Source: a virus (Duplodnaviria > Caudoviricetes). From it: a stretch of DNA of 35,709 nucleotides. The position numbers were made by a program, and so were the translations under genes. Under the pieces are notes generated by a model. It was not told where the DNA came from. It searched no databases and saw only the letters and a list, made by a program, of their open reading frames with translations. Positions within the stretch are counted from its first letter, which is position 1; every line of letters begins with the position of its first letter. This document shows, in pieces, positions 9,676-19,047 of the stretch. Where the stretch lies: positions 1-35,709 of the IMG/VR virus record IMGVR_UViG_3300010383_000020; one strand, 5' to 3'.

Positions 9676-9914
9676 GGGCCGCTCCGGCTGTAGGAACCGC
9701 AGCAGCAGCCGCGACGGACGTGGTCGCGCCAGCAGCTGCACCGATAGGGGGGCGGGGCCGGGGACGCCCGGCCGAGGGGCGGTTGCGGCGGGGCGGGCCG
9801 CCGTCGCCCGGCGGGCTCGGGGCCGCTGACGCCGGCTTCCGGGGCCGAGCCCCCGCCGCTGTATGACAGGCGGACGCACAGGCCCGCCGCGAATCCGAGG
9901 ACGAACGCGAGCAT
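9672..9914 (-). CDS. Small membrane-anchored Cys-rich hypothetical protein
   Basis: GAGGAGG SD, hydrophobic N-terminus, CSCW...GCCCG; stop overlaps the connector start. Confidence 0.55.
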   Translation of the reverse strand: MLAFVLGFAAGLCVRLSYSGGGSAPEAGVSGPEPAGRRRPAPPQPPLGRASPAPPPYRCSCWRDHVRRGCCCGSYSRSGP

Positions 9915-9980
9915 CAGGTGCCCTCCTCGACGACCGGGCGAGGCCCCCGAGGGAGCCCCGCCCCGCCGACGTCGGCCGGA

Positions 9981-11282
9981 TCAGGCGGTGACGACGCCCT
10001 TGGCGATCGTGAACGCCTTGGGCTGGAGGACGTGGAAATCCATGTCCTGGAAGACCCGGACCTCGCGGCCGCCCGCGTCGTCGATCTCGCCGAAGACGAC
10101 GTCCAGGCCCGAGAACAGCGAGACGGCCGACTCGCCCCACACGCCATAGGCGATGTGCGAGGTGTTGGCCGACGATCCGGTCGTCACGTTGCCCGGGACG
10201 TGGTCCGTGGTCGCCACCGGGCGGCCGACGATCTTCTCGGAACCGGGATCGTACAGGTAGACGGGATATCCCGTCTCGGCCGGGGTGGCTTCGAGCTTCG
10301 AGGTCACCTTGGAGTTGGTGAGGAACGAAGCCGGGCCGGCCGCGTTGCTGCCGACGACCGGGGCGATCATGGCGAGCAGCTTGTTGCGGTCGAGCGCCGA
10401 CCCGTTCGTGCCGAGGCTCACCTCGTTGATGCCGTCGCTGGCGTTGGTGAGGGCGAAGAAGCCCTTAGGGGCGCCGCCGCTTCCCGGCCCGGTGAAGGCC
10501 CCGATCTGGATGCGGGCCGCGACCGCCTTGAGCAGGTAGTTCATGAGCCACGCCTCGGCGTCGATCGAGGCCGAGATCATCATCATGCGGGTGACGCGCC
10601 CCTTGGCGGCGGCGGTGTGCAGCGCGAAGCTGACCGCGTCGAGGGCCGGCGACCCGTCGGCCGGGGCGACGTCCTCGCCGACGAAATAGGACGTCGCAGA
10701 CGTCGACCGGGGGAGCTTGAAGGGCCCGTCGGCCGGCAGGACGGAGACGCCCAGCCGGGGGAGGACCATTTGGGCCATCAGCGCGTCGATGAGCGGCATC
10801 CGGACGACCTCGGCGATCGCCCCGGCACCGGTCGTCGTGGTGACCGCCGCCCGCGTCAGGAACTCGGCGTCGAGCGGGATGACGACGCCGCGAGTGGTCA
10901 GGCCGGACGCGGCCCGGATCTTCACCAGCTCCTGGTGTTCCTCGGCCTCGATGCCGTCGAGGGTGCCGAGGTAGGCCCCGCGAAGGGCCTTCGCCGGGTT
11001 GTACTGGTGCCGCTTGTTCGCGGGGTCCTGGTGCGGGAGCGTGATCGGCTTGGACCGCCGGTCGCTCCGCTCGGACCGCCGCTTCTCGATGTCGGCGACC
11101 TTCGCGGCCCGCAGCTCGCCCGCGTCGAGGGCCTTTTCGGCCTTCTCGACGGCCTCGGCCGCGTCGTCGAGGGCCTTCGTCTGGTCGTCCGTCGGGGCCT
11201 CGGCCGCCTCAACGGCGCCCTTGGCGTCGGTGAAGCGCGTGTAAGCCTCGTCGAGCGCCGCCTTCAGCGTGGTGAGATCCAT
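9981..11282 (-). CDS. Major capsid protein, HK97 fold, with N-terminal delta/scaffold region
   Basis: Coiled N-terminus; YFVGE, GPGSGGAPKG, IVGRPV, YGVW motifs; follows the protease. Confidence 0.92.
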   Translation of the reverse strand: MDLTTLKAALDEAYTRFTDAKGAVEAAEAPTDDQTKALDDAAEAVEKAEKALDAGELRAAKVADIEKRRSERSDRRSKPITLPHQDPANKRHQYNPAKALRGAYLGTLDGIEAEEHQELVKIRAASGLTTRGVVIPLDAEFLTRAAVTTTTGAGAIAEVVRMPLIDALMAQMVLPRLGVSVLPADGPFKLPRSTSATSYFVGEDVAPADGSPALDAVSFALHTAAAKGRVTRMMMISASIDAEAWLMNYLLKAVAARIQIGAFTGPGSGGAPKGFFALTNASDGINEVSLGTNGSALDRNKLLAMIAPVVGSNAAGPASFLTNSKVTSKLEATPAETGYPVYLYDPGSEKIVGRPVATTDHVPGNVTTGSSANTSHIAYGVWGESAVSLFSGLDVVFGEIDDAGGREVRVFQDMDFHVLQPKAFTIAKGVVTA

Positions 11283-11288
11283 AAAACC

Positions 11289-11933
11289 TCAGTTACCTTT
11301 CCGGGCCTTGCGGGCCGTTTCGATCCGGGTGAAGCGTTCCGAGCGGGCCGCCAGCCATGCGGCCTTCGAGGCCGCCCGGCATCGGGCCTCGACGTCGAGG
11401 CAGCGGGACTTGATCTCGACGGACGTGGTCGGGTAGGCGGGATAGGTCACCGCCGAGGCGTCGAACAGGTCGACGTCGCTGATGTCGGTCTCGTAGACCG
11501 TCCTGCCGCCCTCGGTGCGGGACCGCGACTCCTCGCCGCCCGGGCGGGGGCGGAAGGCGAATGAGCATTCGGATATGTTGCCGAGTCGCAGGTTTTCCGC
11601 CAGGTCCCGGGCCGCCTGCGTGTTGGGGAGCGCGACTTCGAAGTAGAGCCCTTCGGGGTCGTCTCGCAGGACCAACGTCCCGGCCTTGGTGCGTCCCAGG
11701 ATCAAGGTCGGGTTGTGGTCGATCAGGAATCGGACGTCCTGGCCGCCCTCGACGGCCTTGCGGCACGCCCCCCGCTTGATCGTCTCGACGAAGCGATAGT
11801 CCTCGGACTCGTAGAGGACCGTCGGCTCCTCGTAGCGGACCGCGTAGCCCGAGAGGACGACCGGCCCCCCGTCCGCCTCGGACCGCGTCCGATACCCGGC
11901 CTCGATCGTGCGTCTCAGGGTGTTAGCCGCCAT
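11289..11933 (-). CDS. HK97-family prohead protease
   Basis: GYAVRY, FLIDHN...LGRT, SFAF, SAVTYPAYPTT. Confidence 0.95.
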   Translation of the reverse strand: MAANTLRRTIEAGYRTRSEADGGPVVLSGYAVRYEEPTVLYESEDYRFVETIKRGACRKAVEGGQDVRFLIDHNPTLILGRTKAGTLVLRDDPEGLYFEVALPNTQAARDLAENLRLGNISECSFAFRPRPGGEESRSRTEGGRTVYETDISDVDLFDASAVTYPAYPTTSVEIKSRCLDVEARCRAASKAAWLAARSERFTRIETARKARKGN

Positions 11934-13158
11934 CCCCAGCCCCCTTCACGTCGGACATGTTCAGCTGGACGTAATGCTTGTCGCCGCCCTCGTAAGCCTC
12001 TTCGCCTTCCGCGAGGGCCCAGCGATTGCCGGTGATGACGCCCCGGTCGAACATGGCCGAGAAACGGGCCGTCCGGGCCGCCGAATCCATCTTCAAGAAT
12101 GAGTTCAAGTCATGTTTGAACGCGTAGCCGGCCCGCTGTTCCTTGTCCGTCAAGAGCTTGAGATTCAGCATTTGCTCGACGGTCTGGGCGATGGGGCCGA
12201 TGGTCGTGGAGAGATAGACCAACGTCTCGTGCTCGACGGTCGAATAGTTGTAGCCGTCCAGTTCGGCCACGCGATTCGGGGGCGTCCCGGTGATGCGGCA
12301 CGCCTCGTAGATCGCGAACTTGCGGCTTTCGAGCAGCTGGGATTGCGCGGGGTTGACGCTGATCTGCTGGTACTTCGCGTCCGGGGGGAGGACGGCCGTC
12401 GAGCCGGCCGCCTCGTCGCCCTCGGTCATCTTCTTCCAGTCCTCCAGCAGCTCCTTGCGGGCCTCGGGCGTGTAAGACGGGCTCGTCTGGAGGACCCCGC
12501 TCGACTTCGCCCCGCCCCGCATGAAGGCCGCCGCGTGCGACTCCAGGACGGCCGACAGGCCGAGCGACTGCCGGCAGAGCCGGACGCCCGAATAGCCGTA
12601 CAGGCCGTCGAACGACGGGCCGGAGACGTGGACGACCTTCTCGGCCGGCAGCGTCTCGCCGCCGTTGCGGTAGACCAGCCGCCCATTCTCGTAGTCGGGC
12701 CACGTCTCCCGGGGGTCGAGGAGCACCAGGGCGAGCCGCCCGTCCTCGTAGCGGACGATTTCGAGGTAGGTGTTCCCGTAGAGCAGCCGATGGACCGTCA
12801 TGGCGGTTTGGAATTGGGCGGGCGTCGACTGGCCGTCCGGCGATCGCGTGAACAGCGAATAGGCCGCATGGTCCCGGGCCGGGACGTCGCCCTTGTCGGT
12901 GCGGCGGACGAGCGTTATGGGTATCTGGCCGTAATCGCCGGCCTGGACGCGGACGCAGGCCCAGAACGCCGAGATGGTCAACGCGTTGTCCGGCGTGATC
13001 GCGACGCCGCTCGCGTTGGCGCCCGCCAGGTTCGCCCGGGCGGACATGATCCGCGACTCCCACCGGCCGGCGGGCGACGCGGATGCGGGCGCCGCCCGCT
13101 CGCGATACCGCCCGGGGCGGGGCTTCTTCTTCAGCACCACGGTCCCCCCGTTCGTCAC
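11923..13158 (-). CDS. HK97-family portal protein
   Basis: GTG 13158 coupled to terL stop; AFWACV, LLYGNTY, DGLYGYS, SQLLESRKF..EACRITGTPP. Confidence 0.93.
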   Translation of the reverse strand: MTNGGTVVLKKKPRPGRYRERAAPASASPAGRWESRIMSARANLAGANASGVAITPDNALTISAFWACVRVQAGDYGQIPITLVRRTDKGDVPARDHAAYSLFTRSPDGQSTPAQFQTAMTVHRLLYGNTYLEIVRYEDGRLALVLLDPRETWPDYENGRLVYRNGGETLPAEKVVHVSGPSFDGLYGYSGVRLCRQSLGLSAVLESHAAAFMRGGAKSSGVLQTSPSYTPEARKELLEDWKKMTEGDEAAGSTAVLPPDAKYQQISVNPAQSQLLESRKFAIYEACRITGTPPNRVAELDGYNYSTVEHETLVYLSTTIGPIAQTVEQMLNLKLLTDKEQRAGYAFKHDLNSFLKMDSAARTARFSAMFDRGVITGNRWALAEGEEAYEGGDKHYVQLNMSDVKGAGDGG

Positions 13159-14825
13159 CAGATGATCCGCCCGCTCGTGATGGGCTTGGGCGCCTTCGCG
13201 TCCTCGACCATGCGGTCGATCAGGCCCGCGATCGCGTTGACCAGGGCCGCCGCCGGGTCGATCTTGTCGGCCGATCGGTCCCGGTCGATGCGGATGTTCC
13301 CGTAGGCGTCCTTGATCGTGACCGCGTTGGCGATCGCCCACGACAGGACCGGGTTCGGCCGGCCGTCGGGCGTCTTGTGCCTCAGCAGGCGGCCCGCCAC
13401 GAGCCGGTCGAGTTCCTTCGTCGCCCCGCCGAGGGCCCCGGTCGTCTGGTGGATGATCTTGTAAGGGATGCTCGACGCTTCGAGGCCGGCCGAGAACTTC
13501 CGGGCCCCGTAGAAGTCGCCGTACGCGCTCTTGAACTTCGTCGCCGCGAAGCGGTCGTGGGCGTGCCGCAGGACCCGGGCGTCGTCCAAGACGTCCTCGT
13601 CGACGAGTTCGATCCAGCCCTCTTCGGCCCACCGCATGTAGGAGACGCCGTCGCGGCGGGACCGCTCCTCGGCCGTCCGCCGGGGGAGCCACACCTTGCA
13701 AAAGACGTCGATCCCGTCCTTGAGCGTCCCGCAGACGTCGACCCACGCCGTCAGGTCCCGGACCGACGCCAGGTCCCACCCCGAATACCAGGGGTCGCCC
13801 GAGGCGACGATCTCCTCGGGGGTCCGTTGCGGGGGGCAGGCGTCCCACGCGAGGACGTCGATGAACTTCCGGGCCGGCTGGCCCCAGATGTTCAGCCGTC
13901 GCTGCTTCCAGTCCTCGAAGTCGCCGGGCGAGTTCTTGGCCTTCAGGTAGTCGGCCTTGAACGACTCGTAGGTGATCGTGTGGCCGAGCGAAGGGTTGTA
14001 CTTGTACCAATTCGACTCGTCGTGCGGGTCGACCTCGTCCGTATCCCGGGGGCCGTAGACCTTGCCGTAGAAGTGGACGTCGTCCCGGGCCTTCGGGTCG
14101 CCGTCCTCCTGGCGCCAGGCCCGTTGGACCTGCTCGAAGAGGACGGACGTCCGGTCGTGGCCGGCCGTCGAGATGGCCAGCTGGAGCGGCTGGGCCCGCG
14201 TCGCCCCCGCCCCGTTGAAGACCGTCCAGGCGTCGCGGCGCTTGCCCGTGAAGAGGTGCAGCTCGTCGAAGATGACCGCCGAGAGGTTGCCGCCGTCCTT
14301 GTTGTCGACCTCGGCCGAGCACACCTTCGCGTACCCGCCGGTCTTCTCGCACTCGATCGTGAGGTAATATTCCTTGCACTCGAACTCGTCTTCGATCCGG
14401 GGCGAGTGCTTGACGTGCTCGGCCGCCTCCGTGTGCAGGATGGACGCCTGCGTCCGGTCGACCGCGACGAGCCGGATGTCGGGCCGGGCCTCGCCGTCCA
14501 TCCGCAGGAGGTAGAGGATCAGGGCCGCGAGGAGCCCCGTCTTGCCGTTCTTCTTCGGGATGACGATGAGGACTTCGCGGAACCGCCGGACGCCCGTCTC
14601 GCCGTGGACCCACCCGAAGACTTGCCAGAGGACTTCCCGCTCCCAGTCCAGCAGCCGGAACGGCTTGCCGGCGAACGGGCCGGCCGTCAGGATCAGGTAC
14701 GATTCGATGAACTTGACGGGGCGGTTGGCCCGCTTGCGGTCGAACACGTAGCCCCGCCGCATCGCCTCGCGGTCGGTCTCGGTGCGGACCGGCTCGAAGT
14801 CCTCGATGCGGAGCGTCGAGTCCAT
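13155..14825 (-). CDS. terL: Terminase large subunit
   Basis: ATG 14825; Walker A IPKKNGKT, Walker B IFDELH, ISTAG, GWDLAS, KIDPAAA. Confidence 0.97.
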   Translation of the reverse strand: MDSTLRIEDFEPVRTETDREAMRRGYVFDRKRANRPVKFIESYLILTAGPFAGKPFRLLDWEREVLWQVFGWVHGETGVRRFREVLIVIPKKNGKTGLLAALILYLLRMDGEARPDIRLVAVDRTQASILHTEAAEHVKHSPRIEDEFECKEYYLTIECEKTGGYAKVCSAEVDNKDGGNLSAVIFDELHLFTGKRRDAWTVFNGAGATRAQPLQLAISTAGHDRTSVLFEQVQRAWRQEDGDPKARDDVHFYGKVYGPRDTDEVDPHDESNWYKYNPSLGHTITYESFKADYLKAKNSPGDFEDWKQRRLNIWGQPARKFIDVLAWDACPPQRTPEEIVASGDPWYSGWDLASVRDLTAWVDVCGTLKDGIDVFCKVWLPRRTAEERSRRDGVSYMRWAEEGWIELVDEDVLDDARVLRHAHDRFAATKFKSAYGDFYGARKFSAGLEASSIPYKIIHQTTGALGGATKELDRLVAGRLLRHKTPDGRPNPVLSWAIANAVTIKDAYGNIRIDRDRSADKIDPAAALVNAIAGLIDRMVEDAKAPKPITSGRIIW

Positions 14826-14827
14826 GC

Positions 14828-15253
14828 TTATTCGTCCATCTCGTCGTCGATCGACCTCTCCCGCGACTCGGCCTCGAGCCGCGTGATCCTCGCCCGGGCC
14901 GTCGGGCTCAGGCCGAGTTGGTCCGCGTAGCGGGCCAGCTCGCCGCACGCCGCCTGCTCGACGCCCAGCATGGGGTGGGCCTTCACGCCGCCGGTCGCCC
15001 CCTCGACGGTCCACTTCTCCTTCTGGAGGACCCGCCGGGCCTTCACGAGCCGCGAATAGGCCGAGCAGAGGCAGGTCAGGGTGACCCCGTCCACCGGGGC
15101 GAGGACGTTGTCGCTCAGCAGGGGCGACGCGAGGGCGTCCCACAGGGCGGACGCCACCTTGTCCCGGTTGACCGTGTAGGGCTTGGTCAGGACGACCGCC
15201 CCGCCGTCGAGCGTCAGAGGGGCCGGGGCCGTCGATCGTGATTCCGCCGCCAT
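14828..15253 (-). CDS. terS: Terminase small subunit (P27 family)
   Basis: LCSAYS...KAHPML...LGLSPTARARI. Confidence 0.9.
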   Translation of the reverse strand: MAAESRSTAPAPLTLDGGAVVLTKPYTVNRDKVASALWDALASPLLSDNVLAPVDGVTLTCLCSAYSRLVKARRVLQKEKWTVEGATGGVKAHPMLGVEQAACGELARYADQLGLSPTARARITRLEAESRERSIDDEMDE

Positions 15254-15567
15254 CGGCCTTGGTTCCTACCCATCGTGATCCGCGAATGGCACTCCTGGCA
15301 GATGGATTCCAGGTTCGCCAGGTCGAAAGCCAGGTCTTTCCGCTCCTCCAGGTCCACCTTGTGGTGGACCTGGGTGGCGGGCGTGTCGAGGCCCCGGGCC
15401 GCGCAGGGCTCGCACATCGGATCCAGCTGGAGCTTGTGGGCCCGGCACTTTCGCCAGGCCGCCCGCTTGTAGAAGAGTTCCCGCTCGCGGGCTTCGGGCG
15501 TCTGGGGGGGAGGGGGCGGCCGGTAGACGCCGACGTGGGAGGGGGGGCCGTCGCGGCGGACGTTCAT
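15214..15567 (-). CDS. Packaging-associated HNH endonuclease (HK97 gp74-like)
   Basis: FY..AAWRKCR, PMCEPC, VHHK, NLESICQECHSRIT. Confidence 0.92.
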   Translation of the reverse strand: MNVRRDGPPSHVGVYRPPPPPQTPEARERELFYKRAAWRKCRAHKLQLDPMCEPCAARGLDTPATQVHHKVDLEERKDLAFDLANLESICQECHSRITMGRNQGRWRRNHDRRPRPL

Positions 15568-15956
15568 CAGGCCGCGAAGCCGTACACGAGCCGGCCGACG
15601 TGGCGGACGCCCGGGGCCCGCTCGGGGAGCGGCACCTCCACCGGCGGGGAGCCGGCCGGGTCCGGCGAGAGGGGGACCGTCGAGACGGCGAGCGGCGACG
15701 CCACCAGCTCGTCGGCCGACAGCGCGTCCAGGTACTCCGAGCCCTCGGGGATCGCGTAGAGCCGCGCCTCGGAGGCCAGGACCTGCGTCTCGGCGTCCAC
15801 CGCCGGGTTCGCGAGGGTCAGCACGCCCGTCGCGGGGTCCCACTCGACGGTGGGGAGGACGTCGGCCTTGCCGACCGGGCCGGGGTCGACGGCGACGAGG
15901 TCGATCAGCGGGCCGAAGACGTAGCGGTATGACATGCAGGCTGCCTTATTGGTCAT
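15567..15956 (-). CDS. Hypothetical protein
   Basis: 129 aa acidic ORF coupled to the HNH gene. Confidence 0.65.
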   Translation of the reverse strand: MTNKAACMSYRYVFGPLIDLVAVDPGPVGKADVLPTVEWDPATGVLTLANPAVDAETQVLASEARLYAIPEGSEYLDALSADELVASPLAVSTVPLSPDPAGSPPVEVPLPERAPGVRHVGRLVYGFAA

Positions 15957-15996
15957 GGATCGGGGAGGAAGAACCAGGGGCCGAGGGCCCTGCGCC

Positions 15997-16308
15997 TCAC
16001 TTCGCGGCGGGCGGGGGCGCTTTTGGGCCGAAGGCGTCCGCGAGCCGGCCCTTGAAGGCCGCCGCCTCGAATTCCTTCATGGCGTCGAGCGCGGCCGCCG
16101 CCCCGGCGAGCCGGCCCTTGTCGACGATGCTCAGCAGCATCGCCGCGTCCGAGTTCGGGTCGGGGGCCGCCGGCCCGAGGATCGGGGCCGCCGACGCCCC
16201 GCGAAGCTTCACGATCGCGGCGAAGATCAGGACGCCGAGGAAGATCAGGACCGCGAACCCCACCAGGAGGCCGAGGCCCCCGTAAATCCAGGTACTCAAG
16301 CCGACCAT
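15997..16308 (-). CDS. Membrane protein (possible lysis function)
   Basis: ATG 16308; long hydrophobic N-terminus WIYGGLGLLVGFAVLIFLGVLIFAAIV. Confidence 0.7.
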   Translation of the reverse strand: MVGLSTWIYGGLGLLVGFAVLIFLGVLIFAAIVKLRGASAAPILGPAAPDPNSDAAMLLSIVDKGRLAGAAAALDAMKEFEAAAFKGRLADAFGPKAPPPAAK

Positions 16309-16958
16309 CAAGGCCCCCTTGCGCCGCGGATGATTCGATAGACCACGTAGCCCGCCATCGACAGCAGGAGGACGACGAACCCGAGCGCCAGGGCCGCGTA
16401 CGCCGCGATCGTCCCGAGGTCGAGGCCGGGCCCCTGGATCGCGGGCCATCGGAGGCGGTCGGCCTCGGCGTCGCCCGCGAGGACGGACTCGACCTCCCCC
16501 TTGACCGTCGCGTCGCTCGCCTGGACGCCCCGGCCGACGAGCCCTTCCATCAGGACCCCGTTCGCCCGGGGGTCGGTCGCGTCGATCGTCGAGCCCACGC
16601 CGGGCGCCTCGACCCGCCCTCCCCTCTGCTCGTCCCAGCGCCACACGAGGCGGCCGGACGCGTCCACGCGGCCCATGACGAGCACGTCGGACCCGTTCGC
16701 CCGGACCTTGTACCAGCCCGTGGGCGGGGCCGAGTCCTCGGCCGTCCGGGGCCCGACCCGGGGCGGGTGGCCGCCCCAATCCTGATCCTCGACGTGCCAC
16801 TGCGGGCCCGCCGCCCCGTCCCGCCAGACGAGCGGGACGAGCCCGCCGTTGACGGGCGTCTGGCGATGGAGGACGTCCCCCGCCCCGGTCCCGACGAAGG
16901 CCGCCAGCGCGACCGCGAACAATCCCAGCATCAAGGCCCCCAGGGTTCGAAGTTTCAC
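16308..16958 (-). CDS. Protein with N-terminal signal/anchor and C-terminal TM helix (possible lysis function)
   Basis: GTG 16958 (GTGA overlap); KLRTLGALMLGLFAVALAAF...; C-terminal IAAYAALALGFVVLLLSMAGYVVY. Confidence 0.7.
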   Translation of the reverse strand: MKLRTLGALMLGLFAVALAAFVGTGAGDVLHRQTPVNGGLVPLVWRDGAAGPQWHVEDQDWGGHPPRVGPRTAEDSAPPTGWYKVRANGSDVLVMGRVDASGRLVWRWDEQRGGRVEAPGVGSTIDATDPRANGVLMEGLVGRGVQASDATVKGEVESVLAGDAEADRLRWPAIQGPGLDLGTIAAYAALALGFVVLLLSMAGYVVYRIIRGARGP

Positions 16959-17704
16959 GCCGGGCGCCCCGCCTTCGAGGTTTCGAGGAGGAGGACCGTC
17001 CCGGCCGAGAGGATGGAGCAGGCCGCGAGGGCCGCCCCGGCCGCGAGGGGCGGCCCGGCGGCGCCGGCCGGGGCCCGATTCCACAGCAGGACGACGGCCC
17101 AGCCGATCCCGCCGTATCGCACGCGGGATTTCCACTCGGACGCGGGCATCCAGAAGTAGGCGTCCGGGAAGTTGTTGTCGACGACGCACGCCCACTCGTC
17201 GTCGAGGTGGATCGTCGTGACCATGTGGGCGATCCACTGCCACAGGTAGCGGCGGCCCGTGTTGTACGTGGTGGCGCAGGGGACGCCCTGCTCCGTGTAG
17301 TGGCGGACGACGGCCGCGACGGCCTCGACGTCGTCCTCGACCTGGAAATACGGCGTCCGCATGTCGACGTCGCGCACCAGGCCGGCGAACTTCCGCGAGT
17401 CGTAGCCGCCGGGCCGCTGTTTCGCGGTCCGCCACATGAGCGACCGCTTGCCGTCCCGCAGCTCGGGGACGTCCTGATAGACGCCGTCGAGCACGTTCGA
17501 CGAGATCACGCACAGGCCGGCCCCGTTGGACCCGCCTTCGTTCATGACGTGCATCGAGAGCGGGATGGGGGCGTTGGCCTTCACGCCCCGGAACTCGGGG
17601 ACGCTGGTTTCGAACTCGCGGCCTTCGAACAGGGCGAGGTCCGCGGAGGTCGGGGCCGTCCAGGCGCAGAGGCACGCGAGGACGGCGAGGGATCGCACGA
17701 TCAA
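16955..17704 (-). CDS. Secreted, C-terminally anchored papain-like (C39-like) cysteine peptidase, putative
   Basis: Signal peptide; GLCVISS (Cys), AHMVT (His), VVDNNFP (Asp/Asn); hydrophobic C-terminus. Confidence 0.6.
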   Translation of the reverse strand: MIVRSLAVLACLCAWTAPTSADLALFEGREFETSVPEFRGVKANAPIPLSMHVMNEGGSNGAGLCVISSNVLDGVYQDVPELRDGKRSLMWRTAKQRPGGYDSRKFAGLVRDVDMRTPYFQVEDDVEAVAAVVRHYTEQGVPCATTYNTGRRYLWQWIAHMVTTIHLDDEWACVVDNNFPDAYFWMPASEWKSRVRYGGIGWAVVLLWNRAPAGAAGPPLAAGAALAACSILSAGTVLLLETSKAGRPA

Positions 17705-17746
17705 GGGTCGCTCCGGGCGTGACGGCCCGGCGCCGACCCGGCCGTC

Positions 17747-18169
17747 CTACGCCCCGTCCGGGGGCGTCTCCGGCTCAGAGGGCGGGACGTCGGCCGGGCC
17801 GAGGTAGAGGGCGGGGTGGTCGTCGAGGCCCGACTTGTGGCAGACCGCGCAGCACAAGGTCGAGCCGGCCGGGATCGGGCCCCGGGGGTGGACGTCGTCG
17901 CAGGTCAGCAGCGCCAGGGGCGTCGTGCCGACCCCGAACGAGAGCAGCAGGGCCGGGGGGAAGTCCTCCCCGGGCCGGACGACCGGCGGCGGCCCCTCGC
18001 GTTCGATCGCCCCCGAGAGCGCGGCGTGGACCGTCGCCGCCGAGACGCCGCACTCGTCGGCGATCTCGGGGATGGTGAAGCCGAAGCGCCAGCAGGCGAG
18101 CCAGGTGGCCGCCGTATCGGCGTCGATCGCGGGGGTTCGCGCCTGCGTGACAGTCATGGCCCCCATCAT
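17747..18169 (-). CDS. HTH DNA-binding protein with Cys cluster, first gene of the late operon
   Basis: GFTIPEIADECGVSAATVHAAL; C..H...CCAVCH. Confidence 0.7.
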   Translation of the reverse strand: MMGAMTVTQARTPAIDADTAATWLACWRFGFTIPEIADECGVSAATVHAALSGAIEREGPPPVVRPGEDFPPALLLSFGVGTTPLALLTCDDVHPRGPIPAGSTLCCAVCHKSGLDDHPALYLGPADVPPSEPETPPDGA

Positions 18170-18265
18170 ACCAGCGTTTCGCCCCGCCCCCCTCGGCGGG
18201 AGCCCGAATCGGGGCGACCCACGGACGCAAGCCGTTGCCCGCGCCTGGGATCGAGATTCCGAAAA

Positions 18266-18294
18266 AGAATACTATGCTGACACGTTTACGTGAA
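18266..18294 (-). promoter_or_regulatory. Candidate sigma70 promoter of the late operon with overlapping palindrome
   Basis: Minus strand TTCACG-17 nt-TATTCT; palindrome CACGT-TT-ACGTG at 18281-18292. Confidence 0.5.
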
Positions 18295-18468
18295 TAAACC
18301 GGCCGCCGCCGATTTCGGGGGCAGAATTTGGGGTCCGGCGCGGTCATCGCAGCGCATGCGGGTCCCGCTTCGGTCCGCGATCGGCCGACCCCGCAACATT
18401 TTCGACCCCCCTCCCCTACCCCGTTCCGACCCGCCCCGAGTCGCCTCCGTCCCGACCCTCCAAGCCCC

Positions 18469-18683
18469 GAGTTGGAACAGTCGGAACCTTGGACCCTATT
18501 CTCGCCATTAATCAGCCCTTACGCGCGTTAGCTGCCGTTGATGGTCAGATTCTGTTCCAAGGTTCCAAGTCGCCTCGATCCGCCTCGCAACGTCTTGCGG
18601 CGTCACGGCTTGTGAGTTGGAACAGTTGGCCCAGAATCGCGGAACAGTGGAACGAAGAAAGTGCCGGTTTGTGCCGAACAGTG
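18469..18683. repeat. Cluster of GGAAC(AG) repeats in both orientations (candidate origin or packaging site)
   Basis: GAGTTGGAACAGT at 18469 and 18614; GGAACCTTGGA at 18483 and its inverse at 18556; CTGTTCCAA 18552; GGAACAGTGGAAC 18641; GAACAGTG 18676. Confidence 0.7.
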
Positions 18684-19047
18684 CGATTCGCTCGAATCGG
18701 GAGGCGTGCCCTCGGTTGATCGCTTGCCCAACCCCGCCCCGCAGTGTACAAGACTACTGTACAAACGCATCGTATTGACTGACGCGTTGCATGCGGCGCC
18801 GCCGGGCCCGGATCGACGCCGGAAGACGACCCGATGGGGAGCCCCAGGACGCGCCGCCGAAGGGCGGTCCGACGGATCACGCAGGCGGACGGCGAACGCT
18901 CGCCAGAGGGGCAGGCAGAGGCCCCGGCGACGAAGGTGGGACGGGATGGCGAGGCTGGCCTATCGAGGTGCTGGAGAGGAGGGATGAGGCGTGCTGGTAC
19001 ATTTTACGCAATCGTCACGCAATGCATATTCCGCATTGCCGCTACAC

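Noticed and set aside
11923-14613. 896-aa portal fusion protein
   Set aside because: The upstream part is an off-frame overlap of terL; the real start is GTG 13158
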